From Nitrospinota bacterium (GTDB lineage: Bacteria; UBA8248), in contig JAYGFR010000293.1 of assembly GCA_046581755.1 (NCBI GenBank), forward strand, positions 1-15,690: a DNA stretch of 15,690 bases, in the 5' to 3' direction. The position numbers were made by a program, and so were the translations under genes. The notes under the pieces are model-generated. The model did not search any database, was not told the origin of the DNA, and was given only the letters and a program-made list of their open reading frames with translations. This document shows positions 1 through 9,580 of the stretch, in pieces. Each line of letters begins with the position of its first letter. Position 1 is the stretch's first letter.

Positions 1-1409
<1,409 letters not shown>

Positions 1410-1532
1410 TATTCTAATGAAAGAGACGCGCCGAAGCGCATAACCACCCGGTTGCCCGAGTGGCATCCTCGTCCCCTTCGTTTCAATCGAGGATTAACTG
1501 GACCCGTTCGAAACGTTTCGCACCCTATTCAA

Positions 1533-1563
1533 TTTTCAAAGATCATGTCCCCTGAATCAGGGG
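1533..1563 (-). promoter_or_regulatory. rRNA leader antitermination boxA, with an upstream boxB-like hairpin
   Basis: The minus strand reads TGATCTTTGAAAA (1545-1533), a boxA-like sequence, preceded by the hairpin CCCCTGA-T-TCAGGGG (1549-1563). It lies between the promoter and the 16S gene. Confidence 0.7.
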
Positions 1564-1700
1564 GGTCATCAGAACACCAACAATTGGCGTAAAACGCCAA
1601 CTTTTTTTATCTAAATAATCGCCAGATTCCCTTTTCAATACGGAGAATCCAGTCGCTCCGGACCGGCCAAACCAACGCCGAATTCGTGAAGCGGAGACGA

Positions 1701-1729
1701 AATATAGACCTCGCTACCCCAATTGTCAA
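1701..1729 (-). promoter_or_regulatory. sigma70-type rRNA operon promoter
   Basis: Minus strand TTGACA (1729-1724), 17-nt spacer, TATATT (1706-1701). It is followed by a GC-rich discriminator-like stretch (TCGTCTCCGC), preceded by T/A-rich sequence, and points into the 16S gene. Confidence 0.85.
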
Positions 1730-1833
1730 AGGAAAAATGACAAGCGTTCCATTTAGGCCGGTTCCAGGCCGGTTTTTTTTATAAGGTGCCTATATTCAGC
1801 TTGTTACATGATCCGTTCGATCTCCAAAAAACC

Positions 1834-3576
1834 TCATTCCACGGGCATGGCCGCCGTTAAGGGGACCCCGGGGGGCGGATCCCCCACCCCCTCACCCGGA
1901 ATCTCCTCCCGGCGGGCCGATATTTCCCCGTTATGAGCCCGCAAAACAATATTGCATCTCCAATTCTCATCGTCCAGGTCAGGAAAATCGAAGCGAAAAT
2001 GCCCGCCGCGGCTCTCCTCGCGCATGAGGCCCGCCGTCGTGAGCATCCTGGCCACCTGAATGAGGTTTCCCGTCTCCAGAATCCGGCGCATGCACTCCCA
2101 GCGCTTTTTCGGGGAATCTCCGGAGACGGACACCTCATCGTTATCCCGCTCGAGCGCATCCAGCTCAGTCAGGGCTTTCTTCAAACGATCGCCGTCCCGG
2201 ATTTGCCCGATGGTGACGGTGCCAACCTGCTGAACCTCTCTTCTGATTTCATCCACCCCCCCGCCGCCGGAGCGGTTTGCGCGCTCCTCGAGCCAGGCGA
2301 TCCCCTCGCGCCATCCGCCGCCCTCCGGGTCGGGCCGCTCCCGATCTCCGGCCTCGCAGGCGGCGCCGATTTCGGCCCGAAGTCCGAATACATAACTGTC
2401 CGCGAGCGCCGCGCCGCCCGTTCTGTTGGCTCCGTGGATTCCGCCAGCGGCCTCGCCGCCGGCGTAGAATCCCTCGATCGTGGTGCGGCCCCACTCGTCG
2501 ATGCGGATTCCGCCCAGGTAGATGTGCGGGCCGCTGGCCACCTCGATGGGCGACTCGGCCATGTCCACGCCGCAGTTTCTAAAAACCCGCACAATGTCCG
2601 CCGTGGCCCCGTTGTTGACCACATCGAACACATGGCGCGCGTCGAGCAAAATTTCGTGGCTTTCGGTTCCACGTCCCTGGTAGATTTCCGTTCCCACGGC
2701 GCGGTTCACGATGGCCCGGGTGGCGCCATCGCCGCGCTCCGGGTCGTAGCGCCACATGAACCGCTCTCCATCCTTGTTGCAGAGGTAGGCGCCCGCGTTG
2801 ATGAACCCGCTCGTGTGTGGCGGATATCCCCTTATCCGCTCGGGCGCGGCGGCCAGGAGCTGGTAGTCGATGAATTCCATGTCGATCAGATCCGCGCCCG
2901 CCCGCAGCGCCATGGCATAGCCGTCGCCCGATATGTAGGGGGGCGAATCGTTGAGCTCGTGAAGCTGGGGAGCGCCTCCCGTGGCCATGACGGTCGAGCG
3001 CGCGTGGACGGCGACGGGCGTTCCATCCCGGTAGAAAAACCCTCACGCCCCCACGACGCGGCCGCCCTCTTTCATCAGATCAACGAACATCACATGGGCG
3101 GTGGTCTCGAAATCCCACTCCTTCATCTTTTTAAAGAGCGAGTTCATCAGGGGCTTGCCCATCAGCTTTCCGCAATGGAGAAGGCGGTCGTAGCGGTGCG
3201 ATGCGCTGGGCTTTTGGTGATACCGGCCGTCCTTGAGCCAGACGAGCCCCAGACCCCAGGCGTCGAGCTCGATCGTCCGGTCGATGGCCTCGTGGCTCAT
3301 GACGCGCATGAGGCGCAGGTTGCACAGATCGTAGGCCGCCTGCACCGAGTCCTCGTAAAGAAACTCCGGTTTGTCGTCGGGATGGGAATGACCGAAGGCG
3401 GCGGTGTGGCCGCCGCGCGCCATGGAGGAGCTTCCCGAGGGGTAGGTGGCCTTTGTCATGAGAACCGGCCGGACGCCCGAACGCCGGCATCCGACGGCGG
3501 CCATCATCCCGGCGACGCCCCCGCCGATGATGAGGACATCGGTTTCGATATGCCGCACATTTTCGGATAAACCCAT
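1834..3576 (-). pseudogene. SdhA/FrdA/NadB-superfamily FAD-dependent oxidoreductase (~580 aa) interrupted by an in-frame TGA at codon 178
   Basis: ORFs 3043..3576 and 1834..2988 are in the same frame, joined by ...RVVGA-TGA-GFFYRDGTPVAVHARSTVMATGG. Motifs: DVLIIGGGVAG (FAD binding), GDGYAMALRAGA, GERFM, PHIYLGG, HGANRTGG, REESRGGHFRFDFP. RBS AAGGAG upstream of ATG 3576. Confidence 0.8.
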
Positions 3577-3660
3577 CCCCGAAATCTCCTTGCGGGAGCG
3601 CTATCGGTGCGCCTTACGGGTGAGTCGTGGATTTGGCCGGTTCTTAGGCCTGCATTTTCG

Positions 3661-4473
3661 CTAGGCCTGCGCCGGCGCGCCGTCCGAGATGAACGCCTCG
3701 ATGACCGCGGTTGTCTCCTCCGGCGCCTCCAGGCTGATCAGATGACCCACATCGAGGACGACCTCTTTCCTGGAACCCGGGATCTTTTCGGCCAACTCAT
3801 CGGCACAGGCCAGAAAACCGGGAAGATCCCGCTCGCCCACCATGATCAGCGTCCGGGCGGTGATTCCTAAAACCACGTCGGCCAGCGAGGAATCCCTCGG
3901 CGGATTCTCATCGAGCCAGTGCGTCCCCGTATAGGTGAGCATGATCTGCTCGATTTTCGACGCCACTTCCTCTTTTTCCAGTGCGGACCCGAAAATCGGG
4001 AGCGACAACCAATACTCCTTGGCCGCCCGGAGCCCCTCGCCCCGCAGCGTCGCCATCGTCTGAAGGCGCTGTTCGGCGAATTCGGGCAAAAGGCGGTCCA
4101 GGTCGAAGCCGGCGCCCATGGCGATCACCGAAGCCGTCTTGTCCGGATGCGCGGCGGCAAAGCCCAGGGCGATGCCGGCGCCCCGGCTCAACCCCACCAG
4201 ATGCGCTTTTGGCACTTTCGCCACGTCCAGGAAGCTTTCGAGATCCTTGATCTCCTCATCGCGGCCGTATCCGGTGGCCGGCTTCTCGGAGCCCCCGTGT
4301 CCCCTGAGGTCAAAGGTGATGACGCGGTGCGATGCGCGCAGGACCTGGCGCTGGCGGTCCCACATCGAGCGGTTCAACCCGTGGGCATGCAGAAAAACAA
4401 TGGGGGTCTTGGTGGAGCCGAAACCGGTGTCGTCAAAAGCAATCTGAATGTCGTTGCAAACGGCTTGTGCCAC
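3661..4473 (-). CDS. alpha/beta fold hydrolase (~270 aa)
   Basis: IVFLHAHG, FDLRGHGGS, nucleophile elbow GLSRG, GERD and GHL give a Ser-Asp-His triad. The GTG at 4473 has a GGGAGG RBS and is a better start than the ORF-track start at 4605. Confidence 0.9.
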   Translation of the reverse strand: MAQAVCNDIQIAFDDTGFGSTKTPIVFLHAHGLNRSMWDRQRQVLRASHRVITFDLRGHGGSEKPATGYGRDEEIKDLESFLDVAKVPKAHLVGLSRGAGIALGFAAAHPDKTASVIAMGAGFDLDRLLPEFAEQRLQTMATLRGEGLRAAKEYWLSLPIFGSALEKEEVASKIEQIMLTYTGTHWLDENPPRDSSLADVVLGITARTLIMVGERDLPGFLACADELAEKIPGSRKEVVLDVGHLISLEAPEETTAVIEAFISDGAPAQA

Positions 4474-4576
4474 AAAAAAATCCTCCCACGGGATCTGAAT
4501 CATCCAAGGCCGGCCGCCCGCCCCCAAAAAGGGGACGTCCCGCGATGGCGGGCTTCCTGGGCTATGAGACCGGCAA

Positions 4577-4605
4577 GGTATACAATGAACGCGCGGACAT
4601 GGCAA
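4577..4605 (-). promoter_or_regulatory. possible sigma70 promoter for the hydrolase/flavoprotein genes
   Basis: Minus strand TTGCCA, 17-nt spacer, TATACC, about 100 nt upstream of the hydrolase start. Confidence 0.3.
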
Positions 4606-4833
4606 AGAGCTCCGAAATAACCTGCCGGGCGCTCCCTCGCCGCACCAAATAGGTCCGGTGAACTACCCCATGAAATCTCCAGTTATTTTTCTTCTTTTTC
4701 AGGAGGAATTTCGGCCACGTTAGGTTTATCAGGTTTGATCCCCATAACCCCTGGAGCAAAATTTAATACATGCCCAAAATTACTACAAAAAATGGAAACG
4801 TATGAAGTCTCTCCAGCGATTTCACAAGCTCCC

Positions 4834-5019
4834 TCAGTCCGATACCTCGGGGTTTTCATCTTCCGCCTCTGGCGGCAGGGGCACGATTCCGCACTCCCCA
4901 CAAGCGACGAGGATGCTCTCCATCGGGATTCCCCGCTCCATTTCGGCCTGGATCCACTCCTGAAGCCTCTGGATTAGGGCCGCCTGCTCTTCGGTAGAGA
5001 GGTTATTCGATCGGGCCAT
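4834..5019 (-). CDS. small acidic hypothetical protein (61 aa) with a CGEC (CxxC) motif
   Basis: Strong GGGGAGG RBS. Starts 22 nt after the cupin gene stop on the same strand. Plausible helical N-terminus and acidic tail. Confidence 0.65.
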   Translation of the reverse strand: MARSNNLSTEEQAALIQRLQEWIQAEMERGIPMESILVACGECGIVPLPPEAEDENPEVSD

Positions 5020-5041
5020 GCGTCATCCTCCCCCAACCGGC

Positions 5042-5608
5042 CTAGCCGTCCACCTTCGAGACAATGCGCTTTTCCTTCCCCCGGTCCTGAACCTCCACCG
5101 TCCGGTTCTCCAGGTTGAAGCGCAGGTTTTTTCCGCTCTCGGCGTCCCCGCTCACCACTCGGATAAATGTTGAATTCGCCGGATAGTCGATGGAGTGGAT
5201 GTCGCCGACATCGTAGATGGAAGAGGTTCCCGAATCGATGCGGTATTCGCTGGACACCTCCAGCTCGGCGTAGCCTTCCTTTGAGCCGTCGTCGAGACGC
5301 CGGTACTCTTTCATGTCGGTGTAGCCGGTGGCGTTTCCGTAGATGACCCAGAATGGGCCGTGGTCGTGGGGCGCGGCGCTGCCGGCGTCTTTATAAACGT
5401 GCGCCAGGACGTACATATCCGATTCCTTGTTGTGATGAATGATGTGGCGGCCGGGCTCGGAATTCTCGCCCAGTATCCCGTCTACAAATTCGGGATGCGC
5501 CAGGATTTTATCGAAATGCTTCTGGATTTCCTTGCGCCCGGCCTCGCTGGCGTCCGCTTTCAGCGCCTCTTCGCAGTCCGCGCAAAACTCCTGAAACGAA
5601 TAGGCCAT
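5042..5608 (-). CDS. cysteine-dioxygenase-like (thiol dioxygenase superfamily) cupin metalloprotein (188 aa)
   Basis: Start MAYSFQEFCADC at 5608 with GAGGAG RBS. Motifs APHDHGPFWVIYG, YRRLDDGSKEGYAEL and GDIHSI match the three-His cupin layout of CDO / 3-mercaptopropionate dioxygenase-like proteins. Confidence 0.75.
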   Translation of the reverse strand: MAYSFQEFCADCEEALKADASEAGRKEIQKHFDKILAHPEFVDGILGENSEPGRHIIHHNKESDMYVLAHVYKDAGSAAPHDHGPFWVIYGNATGYTDMKEYRRLDDGSKEGYAELEVSSEYRIDSGTSSIYDVGDIHSIDYPANSTFIRVVSGDAESGKNLRFNLENRTVEVQDRGKEKRIVSKVDG

Positions 5609-5625
5609 TGTTTTCTCCTCTCGAA

Positions 5626-6234
5626 TTATTTTTTCCGCCCGCCCACGCTCGAACCGTAGATTTTTTCGGACTCTTCCTGGCTGATCGGGTTCCCCTCCGG
5701 ATCGTGCATGGGAAACGCCCGGAGCGTGCGCATGAAGACCTGCATGCCGTAGTGGATGGCGATGAAACCGCCGAGCTCCATGATCTGGGCCTCGGAGAAA
5801 TGCTTTTTGCCCTCGCCGTAGAACTCCGCGTTCAGCTTCTTCGGCTCGCGGTACATCAGCCAGGCATAGCGAAGCGCCCACTTTTCGGCGTCGGTGAATC
5901 CCGGGTCGTTTTCAAAATCCCCGCACCCCGCCTCGATGCGCTCCTCGGTCAGGCCCTCTTTCTTGGCTTTCTCCGAGCGGAGGTTGGTGAAATAGGTGTC
6001 CTCCGCATTCCGGGAGAGCTGGACCCGGATGATCTCCTTGAGCTTGTGGTCCACGTTTCCTTCGGCGTGGGCCATGTGCATGGCACCGTGCAGCACCTTG
6101 GCGTAGCCGGGCGCATGGGCCAGGATCCGGACAAATAGCTCGTCCGGCGCCTGGATATCCCGGGAACGCTTGAGCAGCTTCCCGAAGCCGGCCTGGTCGA
6201 TCCGATCCTCCGGGAGAGGTTCGATAAATGGCAC
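5626..6234 (-). CDS. AhpD/carboxymuconolactone decarboxylase-like protein lacking the CxxC/CxxU motif (202 aa)
   Basis: GTG start with AGGAGG RBS. Contains LAHAP, VDHKLKEIIRVQLSR, FTDAEKWALRYA and HFSEAQIMELG, typical of the CMD/AhpD fold. The redox motif position reads EDTYF. Confidence 0.85.
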   Translation of the reverse strand: MPFIEPLPEDRIDQAGFGKLLKRSRDIQAPDELFVRILAHAPGYAKVLHGAMHMAHAEGNVDHKLKEIIRVQLSRNAEDTYFTNLRSEKAKKEGLTEERIEAGCGDFENDPGFTDAEKWALRYAWLMYREPKKLNAEFYGEGKKHFSEAQIMELGGFIAIHYGMQVFMRTLRAFPMHDPEGNPISQEESEKIYGSSVGGRKK

Positions 6235-6259
6235 CGCGGATTCCTCCTGAATAGACGGT

Positions 6260-6925
6260 TTATTCGCTTCCTGATTCGATTTCGGATTCGCCCTCGCCGG
6301 TGGCGCGCGCCATCGCGCCCCGCAGGTGAGAGGTCGGGCGGTCGCCGTAGATGCGGCGCGATTCCTCCTGGCTCACCAGGTGGCCGTCGGGCGAGAACAT
6401 CGGATAGAAATCCAGCGTCCGGAAAAACGTGTGGTAGCCCACGTTAAAGCCGATGAAGGCTCCGAGCTCGACGATCTCCTCGTCTGAATAAAGCTCCTGA
6501 AGCCTCGCGTAGAAAGCGCCGTCGATCTTCTCGGGCTCGAACTGCATCAGCTCGCTGTACTCCAGGGCAATCTTTTCGCTTTCGGTGAACTTGTCGCTCT
6601 CTCTGAAGTTCTCGATGCCCTCGTCGATCATCTCCTCGGTGAGACCGTCCCGCTTCGCCGAAGCGGATCGCACGTTGCCTCAGTAGTTGCAGTCGGCCGC
6701 TCGGGAGAGCTGGACCCGGATAATCTCCTTGAGCTTGTGGTCCACGGCCCCGGTGCTGAAAACCGTTCCCCAGGCGATGTACATCGCCTTCGAGAGATCC
6801 TCGTTGTGGCCCTGTATGGCGTGAAACGCCGGGTCCGGGGCCCGGTGCTTGAGGCACTTTTTGACGAACGGGCCGAGCTTGGTCTTCGCCAGATAATCCA
6901 GATCCAGCATCGTGATGTTGGACAT
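6260..6925 (-). CDS. AhpD/CMD-like selenoprotein (221 aa; C79-N-Y-U82)
   Basis: ORFs 6680..6991 and 6260..6673 are in frame across one TGA (6680-6682): SRAADCNY-TGA-GNVRSASAK. The joined protein aligns end to end with the downstream paralog. The TGA falls at the second Cys of the AhpD CxxC. A SECIS-like hairpin follows. ATG 6925 has a GGAG RBS. Confidence 0.88.
6646..6670 (-). promoter_or_regulatory. putative bacterial SECIS element of the AhpD-like gene
   Basis: The mRNA after UGA reads GGCAACGUG-CG A UCCGCUUC [GGC] GAAGCGGG A CG. This gives a 7-bp perfect upper stem with an apical loop beginning with G, 20 nt after the UGA. Confidence 0.7.
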
Positions 6926-7060
6926 TTTCTCTCCATCCTCCGCGGCCCCCCCCGCATCCCGGAAGGACCTGATTTCAGCCTGTTTCCCCAACCGGGAAAT
7001 TTTATTCCAAACGGAAAGGCGATTCGGGCGAACCGAACTTTTATCTGGAGCGCTCCCCTT

Positions 7061-7185
7061 CCGTTCATCCTGACCGAAGAGCAGGCCGCCCGATCCGGAG
7101 CCTACCCCCCGGCCTGGAATTTCGTGAGCCCCACTTCGATGGCCGTAGCAACCCGCGCCGCCTGCTCTTCGGTCAGGATGAGCGG
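7061..7185. repeat. 32-bp inverted repeat (arms 7061-7092 and 7154-7185; 22-bp perfect core)
   Basis: tcatcctgaccgaagagcaggc (7065-7086) is the exact reverse complement of 7160-7181. The arms match at 29 of 32 positions. Confidence 0.9.
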
Positions 7186-8472
7186 CGGGGCGATGGTCAG
7201 GGTGTTCGAGGGCCCCTCGGCGATTCCCGAGCTCTTGCCGATGAGGACGCCCTCGTTCTTAACGTAGGAGACGACCTGCGCGGTTTCCTCGCCCGGCAGC
7301 GGATCTCCGCCCTCATCCACGAGTTCGATTCCCCAGAGGAGGCCGACGCCCCGGACATCGCCCACGCAGGGAATGTCCTTCAATTTTTTCAGCGCCGTGC
7401 CCAGGCCCTCGCCCACCCGCCGGGCGTTTTGGGGCATATCCTCGTCCAGCATAATCTCCAGGTTTTTCAGCGCCGCCGCGCACGAGGCCGGGTGGCCGCC
7501 GTAGGTGTTGATCTGCATGAAGCCCGTATCGCCCTCGCCGTTCATGACCTGGAACACATCGTCCGTCACCGCCGTCGCGCCGATGGGCAGGTATCCGCTG
7601 CTCAGCCCCTTGGCCATCGTCATGATGTCGGGCTTCACCCCGTAAAGGTCTGAGGCGAAAAGCTCGCCCGTCCGGCCAAAGCCCGTGATCACCTCATCGA
7701 GGATCAGGAGCACGCCGTGGCGGGTGCAGACCTCGCGCATTTTCTTCAGGTAGTCCGCCGGGGGCAAAATCACGCCGCCGCCCCCGATGATGGGCTCGGC
7801 GATGAAGGCGGCGACCGTGCCCGGGCTCTCGTAGCGGATCACGGCGTCCAGTTCCTCCGCCAGCCGCTCTGCCAGCTCGGTCTCGCTCGATGCCCCGCTC
7901 CGGAAAAAGTAGGGCGCCTGGACGTGGATGACGCCGGGCATGAGCGGCTCGAAGGGCACGCGGCGGGCGGTCTGCCCCGTCAGGCTCGCTCCCCCGATGT
8001 TGCCCCCGTGGTAGCCTTGGTAGCGGGCGATGATTTTGTAGCGGCCCCCGTTTCGCCGGCCCCAGGAGCGGGCGATTTTGATGGCAGTGTCCACGGCCTC
8101 GGAGCCCGAGTTCACGAACCAGATGCGCTCGATATTGCCCGGAAGGATATCGGCGAGCTTCGAGGCCAGCCGCGCCGCCGGGAGGGTGATTTTGCTGAGG
8201 GGATAGTAGGGAAGCTCGAGAAGCTGCCGGTAGACGGCCTCGGCCACCTCCTTGCGGCCGTAGCCGATGTTCACGCACCAAAGCCCCGCCATGGCGTCGA
8301 GAAATTCCTTTCCCTCCCCGTCGGTGACGGTGCAGCCCTCGCCCCGGACGATCATGTCGAGCGGGTTCTCGTCCAAGCCGCTGTGATTGAGGAACGGATG
8401 CCAAACGTGCGCCTTGTCGAGATCGCGGATTTGCTGAAGGTCCACTTCCGCCGCCGATTCCGGATTCATCAT
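7102..8472 (-). CDS. class III PLP-dependent aminotransferase (omega-amino acid / taurine / beta-alanine:pyruvate type; ~456 aa)
   Basis: Motifs WHPF, FLDAMAGLWCVNIGYG, SGSEAVDTAIK, YHG, FIAEPIIGGGG, DEVITGFGRTG, MAKGLSSGY (PLP lysine) and TYGGHP. ATG 8472 has a GGGAG RBS. Confidence 0.95.
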   Translation of the reverse strand: MMNPESAAEVDLQQIRDLDKAHVWHPFLNHSGLDENPLDMIVRGEGCTVTDGEGKEFLDAMAGLWCVNIGYGRKEVAEAVYRQLLELPYYPLSKITLPAARLASKLADILPGNIERIWFVNSGSEAVDTAIKIARSWGRRNGGRYKIIARYQGYHGGNIGGASLTGQTARRVPFEPLMPGVIHVQAPYFFRSGASSETELAERLAEELDAVIRYESPGTVAAFIAEPIIGGGGVILPPADYLKKMREVCTRHGVLLILDEVITGFGRTGELFASDLYGVKPDIMTMAKGLSSGYLPIGATAVTDDVFQVMNGEGDTGFMQINTYGGHPASCAAALKNLEIMLDEDMPQNARRVGEGLGTALKKLKDIPCVGDVRGVGLLWGIELVDEGGDPLPGEETAQVVSYVKNEGVLIGKSSGIAEGPSNTLTIAPPLILTEEQAARVATAIEVGLTKFQAGG

Positions 8473-8524
8473 TCTTTCTCCCAAAAACGTAGCGGGCGCC
8501 GCCGGACGCCCAATCGATCCCGGT

Positions 8525-9520
8525 CTAGAGAATCGTGTAAACCGGACGGCCCGCCTGAATCTCGTATTTTTGGCGGCCGATCTTCGAAATTTCGCCCTCG
8601 ATGACATCTCCGGGCCGGAGGAATTTTCCCCACGAGGCGGCGTTCCCCGCCGGAGAGCCCGTCGCGATGATGTCGCCGGGCCGGAGGGTGGCGATCGTCG
8701 AAAGGTAGGCAACCTGCTCGTCCACCTTCCAGACCATGTCGCCGGTCGAGGCGTTCTGGCGGAGCTCGCCGTTCACCCAGAGCTTGATGCGCAGCTTGTG
8801 GGGGTCCACCCCCTTGCCGTTGAGAAGAATATACGGGCCGGTCGGCGCGAAACCGTCGGGCCCTTTCATCTCGAACCAGTCGATGAACCGGTTGTCGCCG
8901 CTCAGCCGCAGGTTTCCCCGATCGCTCATGTCGTTGATGAGGGTGTAGCCGCCGACATGGTCCATCGCCTTCTCGACCGGAATGTTCCGGCCTCCCTGGC
9001 CGATGACGACGCCGAGTTCGAGTTCGTAGTCGAGCTTTTTCATCGAGCGCGGAACGATGACGGGATCGTAGGGGCCGTTGATGCTCGTGGGGGGCTTGAT
9101 GAAGCAAAAGAGCGGAAGCTCATCCTTGAACTCGGCGATCTTGCTTTTCGCCATCTCGGCGGCATGGGCGACATAGTTGCGCGCCATGCAAAACAGCGTC
9201 ACCTCCGAGACGGGGGGGAGCACCTCCACGCTCTCGGGATCGAAAACGATGGGCATGCCGTCGAAGGCGAGCGGCTGCTTTTTTCGGCGGAGGATCTTGA
9301 GGGCCGAGAGGGCGCTTTCGGCGATCCCCTCGGTGGTCTCGATGTCGTCCAGAAGCTCCTCGCACGATGGCGCGACGATCTCCTCGGCGGTCTCGAGCGC
9401 CTCTAAAGGATCCATGTCCGTGAGCGAAAGCGCGAACGATAGGGTCAGGTCGGCGATTCGATCGCCGAACAGGACGCCGACGCGGGGATCTCCTCCCAGG
9501 CTGAACGTGCAAATGCGCAT
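8525..9520 (-). CDS. fumarylacetoacetate hydrolase (FAH) family protein (~331 aa)
   Basis: Motifs CMARNYVAHAAE, FIKP, LDYELELGVVIG, GYTLINDMSDR, K..DGFAPTGP and TLRPGDIIATGSPAG. ATG 9520 has an AAGGAG RBS. Confidence 0.93.
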   Translation of the reverse strand: MRICTFSLGGDPRVGVLFGDRIADLTLSFALSLTDMDPLEALETAEEIVAPSCEELLDDIETTEGIAESALSALKILRRKKQPLAFDGMPIVFDPESVEVLPPVSEVTLFCMARNYVAHAAEMAKSKIAEFKDELPLFCFIKPPTSINGPYDPVIVPRSMKKLDYELELGVVIGQGGRNIPVEKAMDHVGGYTLINDMSDRGNLRLSGDNRFIDWFEMKGPDGFAPTGPYILLNGKGVDPHKLRIKLWVNGELRQNASTGDMVWKVDEQVAYLSTIATLRPGDIIATGSPAGNAASWGKFLRPGDVIEGEISKIGRQKYEIQAGRPVYTIL

Positions 9521-9580
9521 GCTGCGTGTCTCCTTGGCTGAACGATTCCAGTGCAAATCCACAATATTCGGAACGGCACC

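Noticed and set aside
1754..1780. AGGCCGGTT direct repeat plus T run as a terminator for the flavoprotein gene
   Set aside because: The T run is on the wrong strand for that gene and the stem is weak. It is more likely an A-tract upstream of the rRNA promoter.
1933..3570. 545-aa plus-strand ORF, and similar long antisense ORFs such as 11313..12551, 13011..14243, 7717..8604 and 8570..9406
   Set aside because: These are shadow frames of GC-rich genes on the opposite strand, with no recognisable motifs.
4620..4833. Riboswitch/ncRNA or small ORFs in the AT-rich intergenic region
   Set aside because: I could not recognise an aptamer consensus. The 65-80 aa ORFs lack an RBS and protein-like composition. 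An Rfam search would be needed.
5609..5881. N-terminal 91-aa extension of the cupin ORF
   Set aside because: It overlaps the upstream AhpD paralog in another frame. The start at 5608 has a clear RBS.
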